From positions 1 to 25,740 of IMG/VR virus record IMGVR_UViG_3300040985_000985: DNA of 25,740 nucleotides; one strand, 5' to 3'. Positions 1 to 7,261 of this stretch are shown piece after piece (the first letter of the stretch is position 1; each line of letters opens with the position of its first letter). The DNA is from a virus (Duplodnaviria; Caudoviricetes). The notes under the pieces were generated by a model that did no database searches, was not told where the DNA came from, and saw only the letters and a list, made by a program, of their open reading frames with translations. Position numbers and translations under genes: made by a program.

Positions 1-62
1 ACCCTACCCCCTAAGCGGCCCACGGCGCAACCCTATTGTTTCCCGTTAAGTCGAAAGCGTAG

Positions 63-100
63 AAGGGGCGCCCCTTTACGGGCTATAGAACGATCGTTCT
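63..100. promoter_or_regulatory. Two perfect 14-bp palindromes (candidate operators) upstream of the recombination operon
   Basis: AAGGGGCGCCCCTT at 63-76 and AGAACGATCGTTCT at 87-100; the second contains GAAC-N4-GTTC. They lie in the non-coding leader ahead of the SD (AAGGGAG, 151-157) of the first gene. Confidence 0.45.
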
Positions 101-162
101 GCGTTCTTTTCCTTGCGGTAGTGCTCTAATCGTGCAAACTTGATGAGCGAAAGGGAGCGTCA

Positions 163-966
163 ATGACTGACTATTTCAAGCGGCCGGGAGTCCGGTCGAC
201 ATTGCTCAAGGCACTTCGCAGTGGGAGCCCATTGCACTACCGCCATGCGGCTGACAATCCGCAAGCGGGGAGGACCGCAAGCCGAACCAATCTCCAGGCC
301 AATCACTGCGCAGTGTTGGAGCCTGAGCGATTCAAGACCGACTACGCGGTATTTCCGGGCAAAACCAGACGGGGAAAGGCTTGGGACGCATGGCAGGCAT
401 CCCATCCCGGTGTCGAGGGTCTGACCGCTGCGGGTCATGCGGAGGCCACAGCCATCGGACTGGCAGTCCGGTCCCATCATGCGGCTGGCCCCATCGTATG
501 CAATGCGCAGCACATCGAGATGGAGCATGAATGGCGCGACGATGAGACTGGCCTAAGCTGTCTCCTCAAGGCTGACATTGTGCTGGAGATGGGGTCTCAT
601 CGTGTGTTGCTTGGAGACCTCAAAGGCGTCGAAAGCACCGACCTCCGCACCATCCAGCGCCAATCCTACAGACTCGGCTACCCGCTCCAGATGGCGCACT
701 ACCGCGCGGGCATCCGGGCCAAATACGGCGCACATTACCGCGTGGATGTGGCCATTGTCGCAGTCGAGACGCGCCCTCCATACGATGTGGCTGTGGTCTA
801 CCTCTCAGACGATGTGATGACCCACGCTGAGACTGAGTGGCGCGACCTCATGTCAATCATCGCGGAATGCACCGAAACCGGCATCTGGCCCGGTCGCCAC
901 ACCTCCGCTCAGGTCATGGACATTCCGTCATGGCTGGAGCCCACTTTTACCGACAGTAGGGACTGA
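163..966 (+). CDS. PD-(D/E)XK exonuclease, RecE/exonuclease VIII-like (DUF3799-type)
   Basis: N-terminal SPLHY...HCAVLEPERF; catalytic E...KAD...DLK; YPLQMAHY; VAVETRPPYDVAV; ECTETGIWPG. SD AAGGGAG precedes the ATG. Confidence 0.88.
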   Translation: MTDYFKRPGVRSTLLKALRSGSPLHYRHAADNPQAGRTASRTNLQANHCAVLEPERFKTDYAVFPGKTRRGKAWDAWQASHPGVEGLTAAGHAEATAIGLAVRSHHAAGPIVCNAQHIEMEHEWRDDETGLSCLLKADIVLEMGSHRVLLGDLKGVESTDLRTIQRQSYRLGYPLQMAHYRAGIRAKYGAHYRVDVAIVAVETRPPYDVAVVYLSDDVMTHAETEWRDLMSIIAECTETGIWPGRHTSAQVMDIPSWLEPTFTDSRD

Positions 967-967
967 C

Positions 968-3250
968 ATGAACAAAATCACCAACCTGACAGTCCAAGGC
1001 ATCGCCGGCGCACCGACCAGCGGCATCAAGGGACGCACATTCAGCGATGACCTATCAGGCGTAGATGTCTGGTGCGGAGAAAACGGCGCCGGAAAGACGA
1101 CCCGAATCATCGCCCTCCTGGGTGCCATTCACGGATTGGCCCGCACTACCACCGACCCTCATCGGCCATTTGTCGACGGGGGCGCGCATGGGACTGAGGC
1201 TGTAGTCCACACCACCGGTGGAGATTGGCGCCGAGACCTGGGTTGCATCAATCCGAGTAGCGGTAGGCACAAACGGTCCACAGTGGATGCCCATGGCATC
1301 GTGGGCGCTCCAGTGGTGTCGTGGGACCTCTCCAGCTGGTCTACCGCCACCGATGGCGGCCGGCGTCGCCTGCTGTCCCAAATCGCAAAAGCCGGCGGCG
1401 CAGTCGAATCATGGAGCCCAAGACATGCCCAACAGCATCTCCGCAATGAGGTGGACGGCATCGACGGAGCATCCGCAATGATGCTGGAGCTGGTCACAGC
1501 TCATCCGAGCGGAGCCGATGCGGCCACATGGCTTGATGCCGCTGATGTCTGGACACAGGGCAGGGCAAAGGAGGCGCGCGCCGATGTGCGGCACTCGGAG
1601 GCTGTATTCGCCGAGCGTCAGGAGTCGCGCGGAGATGCACCGGCTGGAGACCGGTCCGCAATCGCTGACCAGCTGGAGCTATTCCGCCACAGGCTGTCAG
1701 ACATGGGACGGGCTACCGCACGATTCGAGCAACACGCGGATGACATCGTAGCCGCTCAAGGTCTGCTGGATGACGTGACAGCGAGAGGTAGAGCGCTGCG
1801 GTCTGCCGCTCCGCCCATTGAGCCTACCCGAGATGGGGTCATTGGCGCAGCAGCACGATTGCTGGCCGCTCAGAATGCCCTCAATGCAGACATCCCAGCA
1901 CTGCCACAGCCGGCGCCAATCGACCCTGAGCTATCGCTGACTGTGGAGCGTTGCGAGCGCGCTGATGCACTGGCCATCAGCGCATTGGAGCAAGCTCGCG
2001 AGACATACCGAACGGCATTCGGCGCAATGCACGCCTCGAAAGGTGCTCACGATGCCTATGCATCTGCGTCCGCTGCCTACGGCATCATTCAGGTCCAATC
2101 TCAGGCTCCATGCCGTCACTGTGGGACACCTGACCCCATGGGCACAATGGCTGGCCATGATGAGCCAATCCGGCCAGCGTCAGACCTGGATGCGCTGCGG
2201 ACCGCATCAGCGGATGCCAATGCAGCCCGAGTAAATGCCGCTCAGCACGCGCGGGCCACATCCGCAGCACTCCGCATCGCTCAGACAGCATTGGCCACAG
2301 CAGAAGGCGCATTGTCACCTGTAGACGGTGCCAGCCGCATTGCTCGCATCCAGTCCCAGCGTCAGGATGATGTGGACCGCGCCGCAACATCGCTGGCCGC
2401 TGCGGAACAGTGTCTCAGCGAGGACAGCGCGCGACATCTCGCCACAATGGAGCGGAGAGCATTCGAGCTGGAGCAGCTGAAATACGAGTGGCGGCGCGCG
2501 CAATCGCGACTGACTGACCTCCAGTCCATGACGCTGACAGCATCCGACCCATCCGCATCCATGGATTTGCGAGGCCAAATCGCAACAATGCAGGCACAGC
2601 ACGACATCTGGCGCGACTATGACCGGGCCGGTGCATTGCTGGAGTCGGCTGGCCATGAGGTCACAGCCGCACATGTCCACCGGAAATGCTGTGATGCCAT
2701 AGTGGAGGGCATTCGCGCGGTCCGGCTCGCTCAGGCGAGCGCGTGCTATCAGCCGGTCGAAGATGCCGCATGTGCGCTCCTCGCCGATGCATGGGATGGG
2801 TCGCCACAGCCCTACCTGAGAGGCCCTGGAGATTACGGCGCGGTAGTCCATGGCCATGCGGTCCGGTTCGAGTCGCTGAGCGAATCCGAGAAGCGCATCA
2901 CAGCCGCAGCCCTGGTCTATGCCCTCGCTGTCGTCTCTCGCCAGCCATGCCGGCTGGTGCTGATTGATGGTCTGGAAGTAGTCCAACCCAGCCACCGAGC
3001 GCCCCTCCTGACTGTCCTTGCTCGAGCACATCAGGCCGGATTGGTAGACAATGTGATGGTCACATGTGCCACCGATTGTGATGAGGATGTCGATGCGCTG
3101 CGGGTGTCTGGGGTCACAGTCCACCACCTGACCAAGCGTCCGACACCAGCGCCATCGCCATCGCCATCGCCATCGCCAGCACCAGCACCCGCTACCGTCG
3201 CGTCTCAGGTCATCTACGTGACGGAGGACGATGATGTCTGTCCCTTCTGA
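968..3250 (+). CDS. Rad50/SbcC-like (SMC-type ABC) ATPase with zinc hook
   Basis: Walker A GENGAGKT; long Ala-rich coiled coils; central PCRHCG at about aa 382 of 760; signature LSESE; Walker B-like LVLIDGLE; Pro-rich linker and acidic C-terminus EDDDVCPF. Confidence 0.85.
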   Translation: MNKITNLTVQGIAGAPTSGIKGRTFSDDLSGVDVWCGENGAGKTTRIIALLGAIHGLARTTTDPHRPFVDGGAHGTEAVVHTTGGDWRRDLGCINPSSGRHKRSTVDAHGIVGAPVVSWDLSSWSTATDGGRRRLLSQIAKAGGAVESWSPRHAQQHLRNEVDGIDGASAMMLELVTAHPSGADAATWLDAADVWTQGRAKEARADVRHSEAVFAERQESRGDAPAGDRSAIADQLELFRHRLSDMGRATARFEQHADDIVAAQGLLDDVTARGRALRSAAPPIEPTRDGVIGAAARLLAAQNALNADIPALPQPAPIDPELSLTVERCERADALAISALEQARETYRTAFGAMHASKGAHDAYASASAAYGIIQVQSQAPCRHCGTPDPMGTMAGHDEPIRPASDLDALRTASADANAARVNAAQHARATSAALRIAQTALATAEGALSPVDGASRIARIQSQRQDDVDRAATSLAAAEQCLSEDSARHLATMERRAFELEQLKYEWRRAQSRLTDLQSMTLTASDPSASMDLRGQIATMQAQHDIWRDYDRAGALLESAGHEVTAAHVHRKCCDAIVEGIRAVRLAQASACYQPVEDAACALLADAWDGSPQPYLRGPGDYGAVVHGHAVRFESLSESEKRITAAALVYALAVVSRQPCRLVLIDGLEVVQPSHRAPLLTVLARAHQAGLVDNVMVTCATDCDEDVDALRVSGVTVHHLTKRPTPAPSPSPSPSPAPAPATVASQVIYVTEDDDVCPF
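3151..3190 (+). repeat. Coding hexamer microsatellite (GCCATC)x4 plus degenerate copies, encoding PSPSPSPSPAPAP linker
   Basis: gccatc x4 at 3151-3174 followed by gccagc accagc accc. Confidence 0.9.
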
Positions 3251-3485
3251 GCATCCACTGAGAGTGCTGCTCAGGAGTCAGGGCAGGTCAGTCCGATGGC
3301 TCGCCGACCAGCTTCGGTGCAAGCCACAGACACTCCTCTCGCGCCTGTCAGGTCATCGGCCAGCATCCAGCGACCGTGGGCCTGCCCCATGGCGGCCGGT
3401 CCCTGTCTATGTCGTCCAGACAGCCGCACATCTGGGCATCCCTCACACTACGCTGGCCGGCTGGCTGGCTGGAGACTCACCATGA
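3231..3485 (+). CDS. Cro/XRE-like helix-turn-helix protein
   Basis: LRVLLRSQGRSVRWLADQLRCKPQTLLSRLSG fits an XRE HTH; GGAGG SD upstream; its stop overlaps the next start (ATGA). Confidence 0.72.
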   Translation: MMSVPSEHPLRVLLRSQGRSVRWLADQLRCKPQTLLSRLSGHRPASSDRGPAPWRPVPVYVVQTAAHLGIPHTTLAGWLAGDSP

Positions 3486-4051
3486 CCGACATTTCGCACA
3501 CGCTCCAGGCAAAGGCCGACCAGCTCAATGCCGATGACATCGCAGGCCAGCCCATCATCGTTCAGATCCTCGATGCGAGACTGGTGCGCGACGAAAAACA
3601 GCCCATCATCTGCGACATTAGCGGAGGATGGAAACCATGGAAACCCTGCCTTACAGTCCGCCGGCTGTTGTCTCGCGCGATGGGCATGGACCTCGCTGGA
3701 TGGGTCGGCAGATGGGTGGAGCTGTACTGCGACCCCACTGTCAGGTATGGAGGCCAGGAGGTCGGAGGAATCCGCATCCGCGCAGTCTCAGGCATTCCCG
3801 AGCCATTCACAATGCGGCTGTCGTTCACTCGCGGCAAGAAAAAGCCTTGGCGCGTCATACCCCTCCAGCCACCACAGCCACCCAGCCTGGATGAGGTCAT
3901 GGAGTCGGCCGGAGTGGATGCCACCCAGCTGGATGCCTATCTGGCGAGCAAGGGCAAGCCGCCGGTCAGCGAGATGGACGACAGCCAGCGGGCTACCACG
4001 GCGCGATGGCTGGCCAGCAATGCCGGAAAAGTGATCGGCGGTGCATCGTGA
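3482..4051 (+). CDS. Conserved phage protein of DQLNADD type, putative ssDNA-binding/annealing protein; start corrected from 3296
   Basis: KADQLNADD...KPWKP...WVGRWVELYCDPTVRYGGQEVGGIRI matches a family I recall next to phage exonucleases. GGAG SD and ATGA overlap at 3482. Function is inferred. Confidence 0.7.
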   Translation: MTDISHTLQAKADQLNADDIAGQPIIVQILDARLVRDEKQPIICDISGGWKPWKPCLTVRRLLSRAMGMDLAGWVGRWVELYCDPTVRYGGQEVGGIRIRAVSGIPEPFTMRLSFTRGKKKPWRVIPLQPPQPPSLDEVMESAGVDATQLDAYLASKGKPPVSEMDDSQRATTARWLASNAGKVIGGAS

Positions 4052-4413
4052 GTGCGCTGAAGACACCCGCCCCCGACGCTCCCGCCTCCGAGTGGGGCGC
4101 GCTTGGTGTCTCGATTCCCGACTGGCGGTGGATGCGAGGAATGAGGGCGATGGAGGATGGGGATCCCGCTGGCGTCGGAGCCATCGCAGACGAAGCATGG
4201 CCCGACCCCGACGACCCTGCGACCGCTGGCTGTCTGCTGGCGATGCTGGGGCCGGGCGAGTGGGACAATGTTGCACCGGGCAGCGCCATAGCCGCAGACG
4301 GGCGGGGATGGTGGGCATGGGTGGACGGCAAATACATTGAGGGCCTGACCCTCGGCCGAGCATGCATCGCAGCCGCTGCCGCCCTCGGTCGCTGGCCGGG
4401 AGGTGAGCAGTGA
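4048..4413 (+). CDS. Hypothetical phage protein (WRWMxGM...DPATxGCLLA type); start corrected from 4006
   Basis: GTGA overlaps at both ends (4048-4051 and 4410-4413); motifs WRWMRGM and PDPDDPATAGCLLAML. Confidence 0.7.
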   Translation: MSALKTPAPDAPASEWGALGVSIPDWRWMRGMRAMEDGDPAGVGAIADEAWPDPDDPATAGCLLAMLGPGEWDNVAPGSAIAADGRGWWAWVDGKYIEGLTLGRACIAAAAALGRWPGGEQ

Positions 4414-4793
4414 CCGCGCTGCGGGGAGGGGGTACCCTCCTGGCCCTGGGGGCCAGCCTGGAGATCACGGTGATAGACCAGATGGCCCACGCGCTGGGCT
4501 GGCCCTCGGTGGCCGCCATGCGACGGGGCCGGCCGGGCCGGGTGAAGTGGGCCAACCCCTACCGGAACTACTACGCCAGCGGGGAGGACGACGATCCCGC
4601 CTGGGCCTTCGCCGCCGAGCTGGGCCTGGCCCGCCGGGCCGGGGAGCCCAGCGAGTGTTTCCCCTACGTCCGCTGGACGGTGACCCGCCGGGGCCGCCAG
4701 GTGACCCGCCTCCGACTCCAGGCCACCCGCTGGGCCGCCGAGCTTGACGCCGAGGCCGCCAAGGCCGCCAAGGCCGCCAAGGTGACCCCGTGA
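4410..4793 (+). CDS. Hypothetical phage protein, possibly winged-helix-like; very high GC
   Basis: HALG...YRNYY...W...LGLA...WTVTRRG pattern; coupled by GTGA overlaps; 4501-4560 is 48/60 G+C. Confidence 0.7.
   Translation: MTALRGGGTLLALGASLEITVIDQMAHALGWPSVAAMRRGRPGRVKWANPYRNYYASGEDDDPAWAFAAELGLARRAGEPSECFPYVRWTVTRRGRQVTRLRLQATRWAAELDAEAAKAAKAAKVTP
4753..4782 (+). repeat. 9-bp coding tandem repeat (AGGCCGCCA)x3.3, encoding AAKAAKAAK
   Basis: Read directly from the sequence. Confidence 0.9.
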
Positions 4794-4942
4794 CTCGCTC
4801 GCACTGGCTTCTCGTCGCCATGGCCCTGGCCCTCTCCCGGTGCTCCTACGACGCCGGACACCGGCACGGAGTCGAGGCCGGATACTGGGACTGTGCCGCT
4901 GAGCTGGGAGTGGTCAGCGCAGCACCATCTGACGGGCTATGA
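4790..4942 (+). CDS. Small membrane-anchored protein, 50 aa (not in ORF track)
   Basis: GTG overlaps the previous TGA. MTRSHWLLVAMALALSRCSYDAGHRHGVEAGYWDCAAELGVVSAAPSDGL has a hydrophobic N-terminus followed by Y-x-x-G-x3-G-x3-GY. Confidence 0.6.
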   Translation: MTRSHWLLVAMALALSRCSYDAGHRHGVEAGYWDCAAELGVVSAAPSDGL

Positions 4943-4988
4943 TGCCTCCAGCGCGCTGGGACCTCTCCAGTGATTCTCCCCCCCCAGC

Positions 4989-5411
4989 ATGGAGAGGCCC
5001 GGCGCGCTCCAGCCTCAGACATCGCTGACCGACCGCGATACAGTGACCACAGCCCCTGACCCTGGGAGCGGCGCCCTAACCCTCAGACGCTCCTCGCGTC
5101 CCAGGGTCAGTGCGCGCGGAGTCAGTGTGCGCACATCCGACCAGCTCATTGGGATGCTGTGGTCATTGCTCGACCGGCATGGAGACCGGTCCGCTGACCT
5201 CCCAGCACATCATCAGCACATCCGCGCGATGTATGCAGCGGCGGAGGTCTACACATCGGCCGAGGTGGCTGTGACGCAATCAGCTCGACTCCGTGGATGG
5301 GTCTGGGTGTCGCGAGCGCTCCCGGCTGTGATTCGGCTGGTGTGGCTGGCTGGCCAGATGCGAGGCCGGATCGATGCTCTCGGGAATCTTTCGGAAACCG
5401 ACCGAAAGTAG
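4989..5411 (+). CDS. Hypothetical protein (start uncertain, possibly GTG at 5043)
   Basis: Fills the gap on the operon strand; helical-looking C-terminal half; no recognisable motif. Confidence 0.45.
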   Translation: MERPGALQPQTSLTDRDTVTTAPDPGSGALTLRRSSRPRVSARGVSVRTSDQLIGMLWSLLDRHGDRSADLPAHHQHIRAMYAAAEVYTSAEVAVTQSARLRGWVWVSRALPAVIRLVWLAGQMRGRIDALGNLSETDRK

Positions 5412-5470
5412 TGGACGGAAGTATCGGTATCCGGTATATGTATTGGGCGGGGAGGGAGCAACCCCCGCGC
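5388..5470 (+). promoter_or_regulatory. Candidate sigma70-like promoter with upstream inverted repeat and downstream hairpin
   Basis: CTTTCGG-N7-CCGAAAG (5388-5408); TGGACG (5412-5417)-N17-TATATG (5435-5440); GCGGGG/CCCCGC stem; GGAG SD before ATG 5491. Confidence 0.5.
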
Positions 5471-5490
5471 CACTCACAACGGAGAACGAC

Positions 5491-5814
5491 ATGACCCACG
5501 GCACTCTCATCAACTACCGCACTGGCGAAGACATCCGGCCCGCGACTCAGGATGAACGGGAATGGTCCCTTCACGCGACCCTTGAGGACGGAGGGCGGGG
5601 CGCCTTCGAGACAGAGGACGGGCTTGTCTGCTACGTCGAATGTCCCGGCGTCGAATGTGTCGATGACCGCTACACGGCGGCCGGCTGCGAACACTCCGAC
5701 CATCCCCAGCAATTTCTCGCGATGGTCGCCGACGTATGGGGAGAGGACATGGATCTGATTCACCGTCACGACGGATGGCACGGACCAGACGGTCTGATCT
5801 TGGTGCTCGCATGA
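5491..5814 (+). CDS. Hypothetical acidic phage protein; start corrected from 5374
   Basis: GGAGAACGAC-ATG; MTHGTLINYRTGEDIRPAT...DGGRGAF...CYVE; ATGA overlap with the next ORF. Confidence 0.75.
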   Translation: MTHGTLINYRTGEDIRPATQDEREWSLHATLEDGGRGAFETEDGLVCYVECPGVECVDDRYTAAGCEHSDHPQQFLAMVADVWGEDMDLIHRHDGWHGPDGLILVLA

Positions 5815-5891
5815 ACGCCCAAGACCACATCGAATCCGCCGCAGGAATCCTCTTCATCGCCTCCATCCTATTCCTCGCGATGTCGCTGTGA
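5811..5891 (+). CDS. 26-aa single-transmembrane microprotein (not in ORF track)
   Basis: MNAQDHIESAAGILFIASILFLAMSL; exactly bridges its neighbours by ATGA (5811-5814) and GTGA (5888-5891) overlaps. Confidence 0.7.
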   Translation: MNAQDHIESAAGILFIASILFLAMSL

Positions 5892-6145
5892 GGCGCGGTC
5901 AAGCGGTCTACCGTGGCATCTGTCTGGCGCTCGGACTGGAGCCGGATGTCCGTGGCACTCAATCCGCAGTGATGCGCACCACAGGCATCCCCCTCCCAAA
6001 TCTCCAGGCATGGAGGACCGGACAGCGAGACCTGACCCGAGCTGATGAGGACCAACTGAGGAAGCGGCATCGGCTGGTGCTGTATGCTGGCCCGGATGAT
6101 GGCTGGAGCGTCGAAGTCCTCGACAAATCGGGCGAGCCAATCTGA
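5888..6145 (+). CDS. Small HTH-like DNA-binding protein
   Basis: TQSAVMRTTGIPLPNLQAWRTGQR resembles a Cro-type HTH; GTG start overlaps the upstream stop. Confidence 0.6.
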   Translation: MRRGQAVYRGICLALGLEPDVRGTQSAVMRTTGIPLPNLQAWRTGQRDLTRADEDQLRKRHRLVLYAGPDDGWSVEVLDKSGEPI

Positions 6146-6255
6146 GTCAGTGGACAGTGCGGCCAGCGACTACAGCCGTAGGAGGGGCGGAAATGCCCCG
6201 GCACATTGCCGCAGTCTCCCGCAGCATCATCCGCACATCATTCACCCAGGATGGG

Positions 6256-6627
6256 CTAATCGGTGGCGCTGGATGTCCTCGGGATGCGGTCTGCGATTGC
6301 GTCAATGCGCTGTCCGATTCGGTCGATACCGGTCCGGAGCTGGAGGATTTCTCGTGTGATGCCATCGTGTCTCTCCTGCTCTCGGACGCTCAGCGACTGG
6401 AGCGCTGAGCATGGGGTCTGATGTCCTGTGTCCTGTGGCTGTGACCCAGATCGGCTCGGGATGCGGATGAGGCCAACCCGCTCCAGCATCAGCACGATGC
6501 CAATGATGGCGCCGATACCACCCGCTCCTCCGCCGATGGTCCCGACATCCATAGCAGACTCGGTAGCCTGAACCACCGGTGCCACATCCTGACCCATTGC
6601 TGAGCCGATGGACCACAGCCACATCAT
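6256..6627 (-). CDS. Holin-like membrane protein
   Basis: Last gene of the late operon, two genes after the endolysin. Short hydrophobic N-terminus (MMWLWSIGSAMG), TM helix GIGAIIGIVLML, C-terminal coiled coil. Confidence 0.55.
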   Translation of the reverse strand: MMWLWSIGSAMGQDVAPVVQATESAMDVGTIGGGAGGIGAIIGIVLMLERVGLIRIPSRSGSQPQDTGHQTPCSALQSLSVREQERHDGITREILQLRTGIDRIGQRIDAIADRIPRTSSATD

Positions 6628-6857
6628 TCTGCGACCTCATCCAGCGCAGCGCGGACACCAGCGATGAGGTCTGTGCGGCCATCCACGATGGCATCCGCCA
6701 CGAATCCGAGCGCAAGGTCCGACAGCCGCTCCCAGACCTCCGAGCGCGGCTGAACAACCCGGTCGAGTGCCTGGATGATTTGGCCACGAGTGCCGACAGC
6801 GATGGCGCGTCCGAGCGCGCGCATGTTGTTGTTGAGCTTTGGCATGGCTGTCCTCAT
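6624..6857 (-). CDS. Hypothetical helical protein in the lysis cassette; start corrected from 6983 (alternative ATG 6845)
   Basis: ATGA overlaps with the endolysin stop and with the next start; amphipathic helices. Confidence 0.65.
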   Translation of the reverse strand: MRTAMPKLNNNMRALGRAIAVGTRGQIIQALDRVVQPRSEVWERLSDLALGFVADAIVDGRTDLIAGVRAALDEVAE

Positions 6858-7261
6858 CGTGGAAGTTCGAAGTGTGCGCCATCGCGCCACCGCCAATCTC
6901 CGCCCCATGTGATTGCGATGTCGAGGTCGGACGCAATCCGCTTGATGTGCCCGGCCATGGGGTCGATGTGGTGCCACTCCCACGATGGCGCACCATCGAC
7001 GTAGGGCACCACATCCACAGCCTCAGACGGCCAGCTGTTGTGCCTTGACTGACCGGGCTTGGCATTGGTGACGACATTTCCAGGGGCGGTGCGTCCTTGC
7101 GCATACAGCGCAGCTTGCTGCTCATTGGTCCGATGGCCATGCACAATGGTCAGGTCTGACGGACAGTCAGGATGAGCCAGCGCAGCATTTAGCACTCGCT
7201 GGAGGTCATCCGCGCATGTGGACAGCCGGTGCTGACTCCGCTGGCTCCAGTGGTAGCTCAT
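6854..7261 (-). CDS. Endolysin, peptidase M15 family (L-Ala-D-Glu type), catalytic domain only
   Basis: GHRTNEQQAALYAQGRT, VTNAKPGQSRHN, AVDVVP, WGGDW, DGAHFEL: zinc ligands SxH...D...H. Confidence 0.93.
   Translation of the reverse strand: MSYHWSQRSQHRLSTCADDLQRVLNAALAHPDCPSDLTIVHGHRTNEQQAALYAQGRTAPGNVVTNAKPGQSRHNSWPSEAVDVVPYVDGAPSWEWHHIDPMAGHIKRIASDLDIAITWGGDWRWRDGAHFELPR

Noticed and set aside
113-141. Sigma70 promoter TTGCGG-N17-AAACTT for the left operon
   Set aside because: The -10 match is too weak to call from sequence alone.
140-155. TTGATGAGCGAAA resembling a hammerhead ribozyme core (also CTGATGAG near 6042)
   Set aside because: No stem II or flanking stems, and the core is incomplete at both sites.
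968-3250. SMC-based defence system (Wadjet/Lamassu) or sbcCD operon
   Set aside because: No kleisin, kite, effector or SbcD gene; the context is a phage recombination operon.
2315-4555. Long antisense ORFs (2315-3127, 3788-4555 and others across the window)
   Set aside because: Shadow ORFs opposite well-supported genes in GC-rich DNA, with no motifs or SD.
3151-4782. Short tandem repeats as CRISPR, iterons or phase-variation tracts
   Set aside because: Units are 6 and 9 bp, in frame, without spacers; they only change linker length.
4790-4942. Outer-membrane spanin lipoprotein
   Set aside because: Lipobox is non-canonical (LSRC) and the gene lies in the early arm on the opposite strand from the lysis genes.
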